Assembly: GCA_963719035.1 (NCBI GenBank)
Contig: CAVRAO010000006.1
Location: forward strand, 155,851-219,850
Length of the DNA stretch: 64,000 bases
Direction of reading: 5' to 3'
From: Methanobacteriota archaeon
Lineage (GTDB): Archaea; Halobacteriota; Bog-38; Methanoflorentales; Methanoflorentaceae
Below the pieces are notes generated by a model. The model searched no databases. It was given only the letters and a program-made list of their open reading frames with translations, and was not told the DNA's origin. Positions 8,677 to 20,171 of the stretch are shown here, piece by piece. A program made the translations under genes and the position numbers. Each line of letters begins with the position of its first letter. Position 1 is the stretch's first letter.

Positions 8677-9618
8677 TTAGCTTTGTATCCAGTCGTAGAG
8701 GTTATGCAAGCCCGTTTCTATATCGATAGTAGGCTTCCAACCGAACAAAGTAAAATGTGATATGTCAGCCTGCGTTGACTCAATGTCACCTTCCCATGAC
8801 TTGCCCCCCGTCCGGCGGATATCCGGATGCAGGTCCATCATACGGCAGATAGAACTGGCAATCTCATTGACAGTAATAGCCCTGCCGCTTCCAACGTTGT
8901 AAGCTTCGCCCGGTATTCCCTTGTCATAAGCAAGCAAGAACGCGTCTATGACGTCGTCAATATAAACATAGTCTTTCTTTTGGAGTCCAGATCCCAATAT
9001 TTCAAGGTGGCTCCCATCCGTCTGCAGCTTCTTTATAAGGTCGTACATGACGCCTTTGGCATTGCCTGGCCCATAGACATTATAGAGACGGAGAGCGATC
9101 GTGGGTAATCCAAAAATGCTGTTAAATGCAGAGCAATAAAGCTCGCCCGCGGCTTTTGAAGCGCCGTAGAAGGATACTGGACGCATAGCGTGTTCTTCAG
9201 TCGTAGGGGTGGCAGCAGTTCCGTAAACCGTGCTTGTAGAAGCGTACACAAACGTTGCTTCAGAAGCACATGACAACACGTTGAATGTACCTCGTGCATT
9301 AACTAGGAAGTCGTAACTTGGATCTCGAGTTGAATCAGGCACCTTTGTTTGCGCTGCGAAGTGAAAGATGCCGTCAGGTTCGACCACACTCGCACGAAGT
9401 CTTTCCAAATCGAGGATGTCCCCTTGCACGAAATCGAAATTAACGTGAGTGTAAGTTGGCATGACTAGATCGTAGCCTGTCACCATGTGCCCCTCGTCTA
9501 GGAGACGCTTCACAAGATGCGTGCCGATAAAACCGCTGCATCCGGTCACAAAGAACTCTAAACTTGATTCGCGCACTTCGACCTCTGTACTGAGCACTAA
9601 GAGCTCCTCTAATGCCAT
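8677..9618 (-). CDS. NAD-dependent epimerase/dehydratase (GalE-like SDR)
   Basis: VTGCSGFIG, ASTSTVYG, YGASK and RLYNVYGP motifs; true start may be the GTG at 9576. Confidence 0.88.
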   Translation of the reverse strand: MALEELLVLSTEVEVRESSLEFFVTGCSGFIGTHLVKRLLDEGHMVTGYDLVMPTYTHVNFDFVQGDILDLERLRASVVEPDGIFHFAAQTKVPDSTRDPSYDFLVNARGTFNVLSCASEATFVYASTSTVYGTAATPTTEEHAMRPVSFYGASKAAGELYCSAFNSIFGLPTIALRLYNVYGPGNAKGVMYDLIKKLQTDGSHLEILGSGLQKKDYVYIDDVIDAFLLAYDKGIPGEAYNVGSGRAITVNEIASSICRMMDLHPDIRRTGGKSWEGDIESTQADISHFTLFGWKPTIDIETGLHNLYDWIQS

Positions 9619-9661
9619 ATTCCACTTCCGAGTGAGTTAAATGCTTGAGACGCCTTGGCCA

Positions 9662-10984
9662 TTAGCAACCTTTGGTCATGTTCATGCCTAGTTCGAGTAG
9701 TTCGTGGGCCCTCATCTCCGTTTCCGCCTCGACAAATATCCGAATGATTGGCTCTGTTCCAGAGGGGCGAATAAGCAGCCAACCGTCATCATACCATATT
9801 TTAACGCCGTCGGTCGTGTCGACGTTACCGTGAACCGATGACTGAATGTGTTGCATGGCTGCGTCTCTATCGCGACACGTGACCTTCGTTTTATCCATAT
9901 ATCGCTTCGGAATTTCGTTAACGAGCTCAGAAAGTTTTCTATCACGTTCGGTCATTATTTCAAGCACCTTGGCCACTGTCATCGCCCCGTCGCGGCAGTA
10001 CTGGTGTTCTGGGAAGATAATGCCTCCGTTGCCCTCTCCACCTATGACAGCGTTCACTTGCATCATTACACGCGCTACGTGAATACTTCCGACTGGGGTC
10101 CAGATAACCTGGCTACCTGCTGCTTCAGCTACATCAGCGACACGCTGCGACGAACTTACGGGTGTGACTACGGGCCCCGGGGTTTTTGAAAGCACGTGCT
10201 TCACGACGATCGCAAGCAAAACGTCTTCGTTAACGAAATCCCCATTTTCATCGATGAAAACCGCCCTATCAGCGTCGCCGTCGTGAGCAACTCCCAAATC
10301 GGCGCCGTTAGAGACGACGATTTTTCCAAGATCGGTGAGTACATCCTCTGTCGGTTCTGGATTTCGACTCGGGAACGTGCCGTCTATCTGCGCATTGATC
10401 GTTGTCACCTTGCAGTTTAATTTGCTAAGCAAGAATGGCGTTACAACGCTGCCGGCGCCAGAACCTGTGTCGACGGCGACGATGAACCCACGTTTAGCAA
10501 TGTCTGACGCGCTCACGTTCTGCATAACCCCCTCTATATAAGCAGGGATGATGTCAACGTGTGAAAGTTCGCCTGTCTCGCGCCAATCCGCAAGCTTGGC
10601 CGCATCACGGTAGTATATGTCTTCGACGGCTAGTTCCCCTTCACTTCCAAACTCTGTTCCATCGCCAGCGATGAGTTTTAGTCCATTGTATTCCCGCGGA
10701 TTGTGCGACGCGGTGATAACAATTCCCGCATCGGCGTTATCGCGCACGAAGTATTGCACAGCGGGGGTCGGAGCTATACCGACGTTAATAACCTTACAAC
10801 CTGTTGCGAGCAGTCCGGCAATTGCTGCATAGCTGAGCATGCTACCTGACGTCCGCGTATCCTGTCCGACCGCAACTGTGCCCTTTGTTAGTGTCCCCAA
10901 GCTCATAGCGAGTCGTAGGGCAAGATCTGCAGTCACATCGCGGTTTACTATCCCCCTCACACCATTTGTTCCAAAAAGCCTCAT
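9662..10984 (-). CDS. glmM: Phosphoglucosamine mutase / phosphomannomutase
   Basis: LFGTNGVRG, ITASHNP, DGDADR, GEGNGG and RPSGTEP motifs. Confidence 0.9.
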   Translation of the reverse strand: MRLFGTNGVRGIVNRDVTADLALRLAMSLGTLTKGTVAVGQDTRTSGSMLSYAAIAGLLATGCKVINVGIAPTPAVQYFVRDNADAGIVITASHNPREYNGLKLIAGDGTEFGSEGELAVEDIYYRDAAKLADWRETGELSHVDIIPAYIEGVMQNVSASDIAKRGFIVAVDTGSGAGSVVTPFLLSKLNCKVTTINAQIDGTFPSRNPEPTEDVLTDLGKIVVSNGADLGVAHDGDADRAVFIDENGDFVNEDVLLAIVVKHVLSKTPGPVVTPVSSSQRVADVAEAAGSQVIWTPVGSIHVARVMMQVNAVIGGEGNGGIIFPEHQYCRDGAMTVAKVLEIMTERDRKLSELVNEIPKRYMDKTKVTCRDRDAAMQHIQSSVHGNVDTTDGVKIWYDDGWLLIRPSGTEPIIRIFVEAETEMRAHELLELGMNMTKGC

Positions 10985-11075
10985 AAAAACTCCCTGTTTG
11001 CATTACCAATCCAGACTCTCGCCGATCGACAGATAGCCCCGCTTATCGTTTTTGACGTCGCGGCTTTCCCGTACT

Positions 11076-11846
11076 TCAAATACCGATCCATTTTTCACCG
11101 TCTTCGGTAAATTCCTTTTTCCAGATGGGGACTTCCTTCTTTATCCGCTCTATTGCATCCCTGAGTGCCTTAAACCCCTCTTGTCGATGTGCTGCCGCAA
11201 CAACGATGTAGACGATGTCTTCGCCTCGCTTGACACGACCTGATTTATGGTATATCTTTGCCTCTATTATGCCCTCTGCAGTCTTCAGATCGCGAACGAT
11301 TGACGAAAGTCGCTGCTGCGCCTCCCTTTCGTAAATGTCAAACTCAAGCGCAAAAGCTTCCTCGCGGACCGTTCCAGTGAACGTAAGTATCGCCCCAGCT
11401 TTGTTAATGTCGGGATGCGACCGTACGGTTCTTACGAGTGCACCAAGGGTCATCCATTCCGGAAAAGTCTTAAGCGCTTCAAAATGCTGTTCGAAGTTTG
11501 CTGAGCGCTCTAGCTGAACTTCGTAAACCTCACGAAAAGAGACAATCCGTGATGCAAGCACGCCCCCCACCACAACGGCAAAATCAACATCCTCTTGTTC
11601 TCCCAGACGATCTAGCTCTCGCGGGATTTCATTTGCGTTCTCGTGGATGTAGCGTGTTAAAGCGTATCTCGTCGGCGATTTGATGCAAAGGAGTGTATTT
11701 GAACCTTCCTTCTGAGCAAACCTCAGTGAATTCTCGTGCTGCTGACGCAGAATCGCCACCTTATAATGAAGCGTTAGCGCCTCTATGAAGTGCTCGCAGC
11801 GTTCTGCTTCACCGGTGAGTGCAATAACCCTCACATACCTAAACAA
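11076..11846 (-). CDS. moaE: Molybdopterin synthase catalytic subunit MoaE with a degenerate N-terminal MobB-like domain
   Basis: GAILTFTGTVR, AAHRQEGF and IKKEVPIWKKE C-terminal motifs. Confidence 0.85.
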   Translation of the reverse strand: MFRYVRVIALTGEAERCEHFIEALTLHYKVAILRQQHENSLRFAQKEGSNTLLCIKSPTRYALTRYIHENANEIPRELDRLGEQEDVDFAVVVGGVLASRIVSFREVYEVQLERSANFEQHFEALKTFPEWMTLGALVRTVRSHPDINKAGAILTFTGTVREEAFALEFDIYEREAQQRLSSIVRDLKTAEGIIEAKIYHKSGRVKRGEDIVYIVVAAAHRQEGFKALRDAIERIKKEVPIWKKEFTEDGEKWIGI

Positions 11847-12272
11847 TACACAACGAAATAAATACGTGTTGATAAGGAAAACATAAGTGATGCGTCGATG
11901 CTTGGAGCCTAAGCACGCCCCTTACAGCGCTTTCCAGAGGTTGATTGCTTCGTCGTTGCTGTTCCTGCAAGTTGCGGCGAACCAAAGACAGCGATGTCCG
12001 CTCATATAGTCTCCACCCTCAGTCACGTTAGAAGCGAGTTCATTGGGCAAAAAAGGTAAACAGGTCGCGCGCTACAGTGCGACAATCCCAGAGACGAGAT
12101 CACTCTTCAACTACACCAAGCTTATAAGCTGTGTGCTTCACCTAGAAACCGTCAATCGCGCCTAAATGAGTCTTTGAGGCTTGAAACAACTGCTCAATAC
12201 TGCCAGATCTTGTTAAAGAGCGTGAATCACAGACCAGCTGCAAAATTGCGCTTTGAGCACTTAGATACGCTT

Positions 12273-12434
12273 TCAGCGGTCGGAGAATTTAATTCGAGTA
12301 GCACAATGAGAACAGACCCAAATAACGCTTTCTCCTTTTTTTTCGCGTCTTAAAATCTTAATTCGACCTACCTCTGACTTTTCAAAGTTGCGCTGGCAGA
12401 GTTTGCAGACTGTTATGTTGTCCGGTTGACCCAT
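12273..12434 (-). CDS. Small zinc-finger protein (53 aa), absent from the ORF track
   Basis: MGQPDNITVCKLCQRNFEKSEVGRIKILRREKKGESVIWVCSHCATRIKFSDR; two CxxC motifs; GGGAG upstream. Confidence 0.65.
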   Translation of the reverse strand: MGQPDNITVCKLCQRNFEKSEVGRIKILRREKKGESVIWVCSHCATRIKFSDR

Positions 12435-12657
12435 TTCGTGCTCCCTGTATACCCAAATTCTACTGCGCTAAAGCCGATGCTCGCGTAGTAATAGAAATGC
12501 CAAGGTACTAAATAACACTTGCTTGCGGTTGAAAAGCATACTAATTCTACGCATAAATTAACATTTGCGGCGACGAGCAACCGGTTCTAAAGTCATCAGC
12601 GATTTCAACTGTTGCGTGACACCGTAGTTTATTTTGAGTTCAGTGCACTTACTATTA

Positions 12658-13749
12658 ATGATTGAGATTGATGGCAGCATCGGTGAAGGCGGAGGACAAG
12701 TGCTGCGTGTATGTCTAGCGCTCTCCGCATTAACACGAAAGCCCATTGCTATCAAGAATATTAGGGTCAACCGGACAAATCCCGGGCTTCGCAGCCAACA
12801 TTTGACTGCGATACGTGCGGTAGCTGAGGTCACCGCCGCGAAGGTGAGCGGACTTGCGATAGGCTCATCTAAGCTAGTTTTTTCCCCGGGACCGGTACAC
12901 GGGGGAACTTTTCACTTTGACGCGAAGACGGCCGGCAGCACTACCCTCATTTTGCAGGCACTTTTACCTGTCCTCACATTCGCCGATCAGCGTTCTTCTG
13001 TAACTCTCATCGGCGGCACTAATAATCCATTGGCACCGCAAGCCGATTACGTGGTCAACGTCCTTAATCCCATCCTAGCTAACATGGGATTTCTTTACCG
13101 ATTTCGTCTCATAAAAAGGGGGTTCTATCCTCGTGGAGGGGGGCTGGTGCACGTCCTCGTAGAGCCCGTCGATGAGCTACGTCCTATTGATATCGTCGAT
13201 AAGGGGGCTCTTCGAGAAATAATGGGTATATCGCATTCGCGCAATCTACCTACTCACGTTGTCGAGCGGCAAGCAAACGCGGCCAAACAAAGCTGCTCGC
13301 GAGCAGGCTTTAAAACCGCGAGCTTCGTGCATGACGTTGGTCAGGGGACTAAAAGTCCTTCCACAGGAAGTGGCGTTGTGCTTTGGGCAGAGACGTCAAC
13401 CGGAGGAAGACTAGCAGGGGACTCACTCGGAGCTCCGGGCAAACCTGCTGAACGCGTTGGAGAGGAGGCCGCAGCTAAGCTCTTATCACAATTGTCCCTT
13501 GGGGCACCGATCGACACACACCTCAGCGATCAATTAATTGTCTGGCTAGCACTCGCACAAGGACGCTCTAGAATTAAGACGACCACACTGACACTCCACG
13601 CGGTTACTGCGATAAAAGTAACAGAGATGTTGACTGATAGTCAATTCAAAATCCGCGGAAAGGTCGGCACGTCAGGAACAATAGAGTGTCAAGCAGGCAA
13701 GGCGTTGGATAAGCAGCTATCCACTTCTTCTCCCCCCAGCGACCGCTGA
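12658..13749 (+). CDS. rtcA: RNA 3'-terminal phosphate cyclase
   Basis: MIEIDGSIGEGGGQVLR, NPGLRSQH, GGTN, GFYPRGGG and DTHLSDQ motifs. Confidence 0.95.
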   Translation: MIEIDGSIGEGGGQVLRVCLALSALTRKPIAIKNIRVNRTNPGLRSQHLTAIRAVAEVTAAKVSGLAIGSSKLVFSPGPVHGGTFHFDAKTAGSTTLILQALLPVLTFADQRSSVTLIGGTNNPLAPQADYVVNVLNPILANMGFLYRFRLIKRGFYPRGGGLVHVLVEPVDELRPIDIVDKGALREIMGISHSRNLPTHVVERQANAAKQSCSRAGFKTASFVHDVGQGTKSPSTGSGVVLWAETSTGGRLAGDSLGAPGKPAERVGEEAAAKLLSQLSLGAPIDTHLSDQLIVWLALAQGRSRIKTTTLTLHAVTAIKVTEMLTDSQFKIRGKVGTSGTIECQAGKALDKQLSTSSPPSDR

Positions 13750-13774
13750 GAATGGTTGTTAGAGGATGCCAAAG

Positions 13775-14572
13775 TCATTCGAGCTTTCGGAGCACGGTAC
13801 TTTGAGTTATCACGCCGACCATCGTGTCATTTAGATCGAGGATTGGCACGCCCTCAACGTCGTGTTTCAACATGAGGTCGACCACATCGACGCAAGGGGT
13901 ATTAGTTCGCGCAAACACGACATCTGCGACCATTATATCACCCACAAGTAGTTTCCGCATGCGTGAATCTTGATATTGAGCTCGTACGAGGTCTCTGAAC
14001 TGGCTCATGGCCTTCGCTATGTCGTTCTCTGTTATGATACCAACAAGCTTGTCATCCTCGACGACCACCATCCACCACGCATTTTCATCAATCATCCTTC
14101 GCCTAATGTGGGCTACTCGATCAACAGGGGAGCAAGTCAATGGAGGTTCCATTATTTCTCCCGCCGATCCCCCCGGCCTGCTCACCTTCACGATCTCGTT
14201 GAAAGTTATCCACCTAACGGGCTTCCCATTAGCAACGACTAGGACCCCCAACGATTCCAAAAGACGGTTGACCTCACCAAGGGGCAGGGCTCCTCTAATT
14301 ACAGTGAACGTTTCATCCATTGCTTTTGTCACGTGTAGTGATGATGCGGGCTTAATGACGTCATCAATTGCGCCTAATGTGCGTGCAATACCTTGTTTCG
14401 TCAAAACCCCAACAACTTCTCCATCATTCATCACGAGCAATTGGTTCACCTTGTTTTTTTCCATAAGATCCAAGGCGTGTGAAATCCGATCGGATTTGTT
14501 TACAAAGCACGCAGCCGATGCCAGATCAGACGCTGAAGCAAACGTGTGATTGTCGTAACGCATTTTTTGCAC
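13775..14572 (-). CDS. CBS domain protein (4 CBS)
   Basis: Repeated VVGVLT / LVGIITENDI / MVGVIT CBS signatures. Confidence 0.85.
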   Translation of the reverse strand: MQKMRYDNHTFASASDLASAACFVNKSDRISHALDLMEKNKVNQLLVMNDGEVVGVLTKQGIARTLGAIDDVIKPASSLHVTKAMDETFTVIRGALPLGEVNRLLESLGVLVVANGKPVRWITFNEIVKVSRPGGSAGEIMEPPLTCSPVDRVAHIRRRMIDENAWWMVVVEDDKLVGIITENDIAKAMSQFRDLVRAQYQDSRMRKLLVGDIMVADVVFARTNTPCVDVVDLMLKHDVEGVPILDLNDTMVGVITQSTVLRKLE

Positions 14573-14602
14573 CTTACTGATTAAGCCGAAACGTTGACGG
14601 TC

Positions 14603-15436
14603 CTATTCTGCCATCTTTCTCGCTATGTCGGTCTTGGAGATGATACCAATAAGCGACTCGTCTTTTACGACCGGAATGGCGTCTATCCTGTTCTTAATCA
14701 TCACGCGCGCAGCATCTACCGCCTTTGAATCACTGTGTATCGTAATAAGCGGCTCAGACATGATATCTTCTGCAACTTGTAGCACCTTTCGGACATACCT
14801 GTTCTTTTGCACGCCAGCACGATCGGCTTTTCTCACCATCACGATGCCCTTTGAATCAACGAGAGGCTCTTGGGCAAACGTCAGATTAGAGTGTGTGATT
14901 ATGCCAACGGGTACACCGTTCCCCTCATGAACTATGGTACGAAAAACATGGTTCGTATTCATGTCACGCAAAACGTGGTTGATTGAATGGTGGCGGTGGC
15001 AAGTGAGAAAAGCATCAGCCATAATAGTTTTGACTTGAAGCTTGGAGCTTGTAGTTGCAAAATGCGCTGCTAAATCCGTCTCTGTGAAAATGCCAAGCAG
15101 CTCGCCATCTTCTACTACCGGAAGGCAGCCAATTCCGTTGGTGATCATCTCTCGGGCTGCCTCTGCAACTGAGGCATTAGGCGAGGTTGTGACTAGATTC
15201 TCTGACATTATCGTTTTAGCGAGCGTTCTGTCCTGCTGCCGCCTTCGCCATCCTGCTTCAGATGATTCAAGCATCTTTACGAGGTCGTATTTGGCGATCA
15301 CGCCAACAAGAGTCCCTTCATAAGCAACTGCTACTCTGCCAATCTTGTGCTTCAGCATCACATTTTTTACGTGACCAACCGTGTCTTCGGGTGAGACGGA
15401 ATATACGGGGGCATTCATCAAATCGTCAACTTGCAT
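14603..15436 (-). CDS. CBS domain protein (4 CBS)
   Basis: MQVDDLM start; GCLPVVEDGELLGIFTETDL and AIPVV...GIISKTDI motifs. Confidence 0.88.
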   Translation of the reverse strand: MQVDDLMNAPVYSVSPEDTVGHVKNVMLKHKIGRVAVAYEGTLVGVIAKYDLVKMLESSEAGWRRRQQDRTLAKTIMSENLVTTSPNASVAEAAREMITNGIGCLPVVEDGELLGIFTETDLAAHFATTSSKLQVKTIMADAFLTCHRHHSINHVLRDMNTNHVFRTIVHEGNGVPVGIITHSNLTFAQEPLVDSKGIVMVRKADRAGVQKNRYVRKVLQVAEDIMSEPLITIHSDSKAVDAARVMIKNRIDAIPVVKDESLIGIISKTDIARKMAE

Positions 15437-15621
15437 GTCTCTTCCTCGTTGCCACTCTTTCATGTCTCTATTTATAGTCAAAGCTCTATGTCGAAACACT
15501 CTGAGAACTTTGTAACAAGCTTATGCTCGCGAAACACAATAATACTGTTACTTATCCGCCCTCTGCGCTAAAAGCTTTGGCCGCATCTATAGCGCGAATC
15601 AGGCGGCAAGATGGTTAGCGT

Positions 15622-15882
15622 TCACTGCGGCTGTTTAATCAGCTTGCGGTCAACCACAATGTAATCCTTTATTGCTCTCACAGCGTCAAATGGTAGAAAT
15701 ATGAAGTCGTTTTCTGTCCTAAACTCTTGCAGATTCAGGTCGGGATCGGGCTTCACTTTGAGATCAAGGATATCGCCGGTGTTTTCATCAATAATAAGAT
15801 CATAGAGCGTGCCGATATCAGTGCCATCGCTCCCCATCACTTGCTTATTAGACAGATTCTTTGCGAAAATCTCCTTTTTCAT
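15622..15882 (-). CDS. PRC-barrel domain protein
   Basis: LSNKQVMGSDGTDIGTLYDLIIDENTG and PFDAVRAIKDYIVV motifs. Confidence 0.88.
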   Translation of the reverse strand: MKKEIFAKNLSNKQVMGSDGTDIGTLYDLIIDENTGDILDLKVKPDPDLNLQEFRTENDFIFLPFDAVRAIKDYIVVDRKLIKQPQ

Positions 15883-15930
15883 CCCTGCTTGCTACGTACT
15901 TATAATATAAAGGGTTTCGTATACCCCCGC

Positions 15931-18147
15931 TTATTGATAGCTCACGTGCGTCGTCGGCTCAGCAGGGCGACCTCCGGCAAATCTCTGTTTTATCTGCTCG
16001 TAATACTGCATAGTGCGTTCGTCAATCGCAGGTCGAACTTTCTTAAGTGCTTCTCTGAAATGACGCATTTCTATGGAACGAATGTCCTTCGCTTCTCGCA
16101 AAGCGAGCATCGCGGCTTCTTTACAAAGTGTTTCTAAATCGCTGCCGACATACCATTCGGTGAGGTCCGCAAGCTCTTCGATGTCTACATCGTCTGAAAG
16201 CGGCATAGTCCGCGTGTGGATATTCAATATCGATACCCTTGCACTCTTCTGCGGCGCACCAAGCAGTATCATCCTGTCAAATCGTCCTGATCGCAGGAGG
16301 GCCGGATCGACTATGTCAGGGCGATTCGTGGCAGCGATCACGACAATGTCCTTTAGGTCTTGTAAACCGTCAAGCTCTGTTAGAAGGGTGTTCACGACCC
16401 TTTCGGAGACTCGCGAGGTATCCTCTATACCCCGCATTGGAGCGAGCGCATCAAGCTCATCAAGGAAGACGACGACGGGCGCAACTTGCCGAGCTTTCTT
16501 GAAAACGCTCCTTACCGCACGCTCAGATTCACCTACCCATTTGCTCATAAGCTCCGGACCACGCACGCTTATGAAATTCGCTTCAGTTTCATTCGCGACT
16601 GCTCTAACGATGAGCGTCTTACCCGTTCCCGGCGGTCCGAAGAGCAAAATACCACGAGGCGGCGTGATACCCATTCTTCTAAACGATTGAGGTTCTTTGA
16701 GGGGCCATTCTATTGTTTCGATTAACTCCTGCCGCGCTTCTTCAAGCCCGCCAACGTCGTTCCAGGTGGTATTGGGAATTTCGACCAGGATTTCGCGAAG
16801 CGCACTTGGTTGAATCTCTCGAAATGCTTCGCTGAAATCATCGTTAGTGATCCTCATATTAGCAAGGGTCTCGGCGGGAATCTCCTTGTCGAGGTCGATG
16901 TCGGGCATGTATCTATTCAAAGCGCGCATTGCCGCCTCTTTCGTAATAGAGAGAAGATCGGCTCCGACGAAGCCGTGAGTGATGCTGGCGAGCTCTTCAA
17001 GGTTAACGTCGTTGGCGAGCGGCATATCGCGTGTATGAATTTGGAGGATCTCCTTTCTACCGTTATAGTCAGGTACAGATATCTCAATCTCTCTGTCAAA
17101 CCTTCCTGGACGTCTCAAAGCAGGGTCGATTGCTTCTACCCTGTTTGTAGCGCCTACGATTATTATCTCACCCCTTTCCTCAAGCCCATCCATTATGGTA
17201 AGCAATTGGGCAACAACGCGACGCTCGACTTCTCCGGTTACGTCCCCCCGTCGTGGCGCGATTGAGTCGAGCTCATCGATAAATACGATCGAGGGAGTTC
17301 GGTCGCGTGCTTCTTCGAAGATTTCACGCAGTCGTTGCTCGCTTTCACCGTAATACTTGCTCATAATCTCGGGCCCCGCTATAGAATAGAACGATGCGCC
17401 CGACTCATTTGCCACTGCTTTTGCGATGAGCGTCTTTCCGGTACCAGGAGGTCCGTGAAGCAAAACACCACTCGGCGGCGAGATGCCAAGCGTTTGAAAA
17501 ACCTCTGGATGCTTCATCGGGAGCTCAATCATCTCCCTAATGCGTTGTATCTCATCTCTCAAACCACCTATGTCCTCATATGAGATGCCTGTGGCGCGCA
17601 CTGATTCAAACCCTTTGACGGGCTTATCTCTTAGGTCAAGCTGCGTTTTCTCAGTAATGAATACTACGCCAAGTGGACTTGTGCTTACTACGATGAGCGG
17701 CACTGCTTGACCAGGCACTCGCAGAAGAGGGTGCGACGCAACGCTCAAAACGGGCACGACGTCTCCTTGAACCATAGGACGTTTGAGCAGCTGACGGTGT
17801 ACGCTGTCCTTCATCTCTGCGAGTGGCTGTGTGACCGTCCCCTCAGGAGGGGCTAGCACAACCTTTTGCGCCTCATTCACCTTTGGCTTGCGAACAAGCA
17901 CGCGCTCACCCATACCGACACCGGCGTTTTGGCGAATGAATCCATCGATGCGAATGATGCCTTCGTGCCAGTCTTGGCGATCCGCGCGCCAGACTTTAGC
18001 AGCCGTACTGGTCTTGCCTACGATTTCTATGATTTCTCCGGGAGAGAGCTGAAGCTTAAGAAGCGTATCTGGATCGAGCCGTGCAATACCTCTTCCTGAA
18101 TCGTTCGGGTATGCTTTGGCAACTTTTAACTGAATCTCTAGAGGCAT
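15931..18147 (-). CDS. cdc48: CDC48/VCP family AAA+ ATPase
   Basis: Two GPPGTGKT Walker A motifs, DELD Walker B motifs, PGRFDREI, N-domain [10 protein letters not shown]. Confidence 0.96.
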   Translation of the reverse strand: MPLEIQLKVAKAYPNDSGRGIARLDPDTLLKLQLSPGEIIEIVGKTSTAAKVWRADRQDWHEGIIRIDGFIRQNAGVGMGERVLVRKPKVNEAQKVVLAPPEGTVTQPLAEMKDSVHRQLLKRPMVQGDVVPVLSVASHPLLRVPGQAVPLIVVSTSPLGVVFITEKTQLDLRDKPVKGFESVRATGISYEDIGGLRDEIQRIREMIELPMKHPEVFQTLGISPPSGVLLHGPPGTGKTLIAKAVANESGASFYSIAGPEIMSKYYGESEQRLREIFEEARDRTPSIVFIDELDSIAPRRGDVTGEVERRVVAQLLTIMDGLEERGEIIIVGATNRVEAIDPALRRPGRFDREIEISVPDYNGRKEILQIHTRDMPLANDVNLEELASITHGFVGADLLSITKEAAMRALNRYMPDIDLDKEIPAETLANMRITNDDFSEAFREIQPSALREILVEIPNTTWNDVGGLEEARQELIETIEWPLKEPQSFRRMGITPPRGILLFGPPGTGKTLIVRAVANETEANFISVRGPELMSKWVGESERAVRSVFKKARQVAPVVVFLDELDALAPMRGIEDTSRVSERVVNTLLTELDGLQDLKDIVVIAATNRPDIVDPALLRSGRFDRMILLGAPQKSARVSILNIHTRTMPLSDDVDIEELADLTEWYVGSDLETLCKEAAMLALREAKDIRSIEMRHFREALKKVRPAIDERTMQYYEQIKQRFAGGRPAEPTTHVSYQ

Positions 18148-18222
18148 ACGATCAAAACCTAAGCTTATATGATAACATGGGTGATATATAAGGGTGGCTA
18201 AAGAGCTCCGTTTGCATACGTT

Positions 18223-19413
18223 ATGACAATACTTGCATTTCAGCCTTTTTCTGGCGCTTCAGGGGATATGCTCGTCGGAAGTCTCATCGATCTTGGCGCC
18301 GACGCATCCGCCGTTCGAGAGAGCATGGAAGCTGCTGCCAACGTCGACGTTGAGATCTACGAGGTGAGCAAATCGGGCATACGTGCAACGCAAGTCACCA
18401 TCGTCGCCGAGGCGGGGCCGCTTGCTTATCGAGAGCTTATGAACGTGCTTAAATCTTGCGAGCTCAGTCCACATATAGTCGCTGACGCGAGTGCGATATT
18501 TGAGATTATTGCGAACGCAGAAGCAGCCGTACATGGTGTTCAAAAAGAAGAGCTCGAGTTCCACAAAATAGGTGCTCGGGATGCCATTGCAGACGTAGTC
18601 GGTGCTTGCACGGCCATGTCACTTCTCAACGTTGACTCAATATTCACAACCCCCATATTCGTTGGCGGTGGGTCGTTAGAGACCGATCACGGGCTTCTCC
18701 CGATCCCGGCTCCTGCAACTGCCGCAATACTAGCCAAATACCACTTGATAACTCGTGGAGGGCCTGTGGAAGGAGAGCTGCTGACCCCAACGGGTGCAGC
18801 TATTCTCGCCTTTTTTACGGGAATTTCAGACGTTTTTTTGCCCCAAATGACCATTGAACGCGTGGGTTATGGCGCAGGATTTCACGACTTTTCTCACCCA
18901 AACGTTCTGCGTGCTACGCTTGGTCAGAGCGATGAGGGTCTGCTTGAAGATGATGTCCAAGTGCTCGAAACTAACGTGGACGACGTGACAGGAGAGGTGC
19001 TTGGAAATCTGGTCGAGGGGCTCCTCGAAATAGGCGCTCTGGACGTTGCAATAGTGCCCACGACCGGGAAAAAAAGCAGAACCGGGCATCTTATCCAAGT
19101 GATAGCCCGCCCCGCCGACTCCAATAGATTGACAAAAAAGATAATCGAAGAAACGGGCAGTTTGGGCGTGCGGATCATGCCGACGCGTCACAGACTCATA
19201 GCTTTACGGCGCAGTGAAGCCGTAACGGTTCGTATCGGTAGCGAGTCCCACACAATCAGCGTAAAAGTTGCCACAGATCAACACGGCACTGTACTAAACG
19301 TCGCTGCTGAGTTTGACGACGCTGCGAAACTTGCCAAAAGACTCGGCATCCCAGTCAAACACGTTATCAGGGTAGCTGAACAAGAGGCTTGGGCTCGACT
19401 TAACAGCAGTTAG
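18223..19413 (+). CDS. larC: Nickel pincer cofactor biosynthesis protein LarC (TIGR00299 family)
   Basis: [42 protein letters not shown] and ETGSLGVR motifs. Confidence 0.92.
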   Translation: MTILAFQPFSGASGDMLVGSLIDLGADASAVRESMEAAANVDVEIYEVSKSGIRATQVTIVAEAGPLAYRELMNVLKSCELSPHIVADASAIFEIIANAEAAVHGVQKEELEFHKIGARDAIADVVGACTAMSLLNVDSIFTTPIFVGGGSLETDHGLLPIPAPATAAILAKYHLITRGGPVEGELLTPTGAAILAFFTGISDVFLPQMTIERVGYGAGFHDFSHPNVLRATLGQSDEGLLEDDVQVLETNVDDVTGEVLGNLVEGLLEIGALDVAIVPTTGKKSRTGHLIQVIARPADSNRLTKKIIEETGSLGVRIMPTRHRLIALRRSEAVTVRIGSESHTISVKVATDQHGTVLNVAAEFDDAAKLAKRLGIPVKHVIRVAEQEAWARLNSS

Positions 19414-20171
19414 CACGTTTGATTCTGTTTTGTACGTTTATGCTCAGTTAACGCCTCTGTAATCGTTATTTCACCTATCGCAACTCTTTTCGCAAGCTGT
19501 CTCGAGATCGTTGTTCGCCCTTCTGAGAGTTCCCTACTCCTCTCTTGAATCCACCTTATCTCGCCCTTCGAAGGGAGGATCTCTTGGTGCCCCACGCGTA
19601 CTCCTTGCGTGTACGCGATGTTTATAGCGGCGACTATGTCGGAGATCGCGGCCCCGCCCGTGCCCTTTCCGAGGTACGGAGAAGTCCCGCTTTCATCGAC
19701 GAGTTCGACTGGTATCCCCTGGGCCACTAACGAGTTTGCTAAACGCATGCTCGCGAGGCGAGCCCCATGTCCAATTCGTACAAGTATGTCAGAATATGTC
19801 TGCTTGATTCTCTCTATTACGCCAACGGCCTGCCCCACGGGAACACGATAAACCGCTTCGACGATACCATTAGAGAGAACAGCAATACCAGGCTCTTCCC
19901 CCGGATCAATGCCGATAACGGCGCACCCACGAAAAGCGCCATTCCTAAGAAGTCTGATTGCTTCATTCACCGTCGTCTCAGGATCAGACGCCACTACAAC
20001 GTTGGGAAAGGTGATCGCGCTCGCCTCCTCTTTAGAAGTTATCACGACGCCGATTTCACGCCCTATCGCGTCGCTTGGCGCAATAGTTACAAATTTAAGC
20101 CCCTTTTCGCGAAGCGTTTTGGTTATGTCCTGGAAAAGCGCGAAGTCCGTAGTTGCTAGGGCGATGTGAAT
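19410..20171 (-). CDS. Conserved archaeal protein with RNase H-like (IGIDPG) domain; probable ATT start
   Basis: VIGIDPGEEPGIAV, RIGHG, VDESGT and DIVAAINIA motifs; frame stays open 42 codons upstream of the ORF-track start to an ATT preceded by GGAGG. Confidence 0.75.
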   Translation of the reverse strand: MHIALATTDFALFQDITKTLREKGLKFVTIAPSDAIGREIGVVITSKEEASAITFPNVVVASDPETTVNEAIRLLRNGAFRGCAVIGIDPGEEPGIAVLSNGIVEAVYRVPVGQAVGVIERIKQTYSDILVRIGHGARLASMRLANSLVAQGIPVELVDESGTSPYLGKGTGGAAISDIVAAINIAYTQGVRVGHQEILPSKGEIRWIQERSRELSEGRTTISRQLAKRVAIGEITITEALTEHKRTKQNQTC

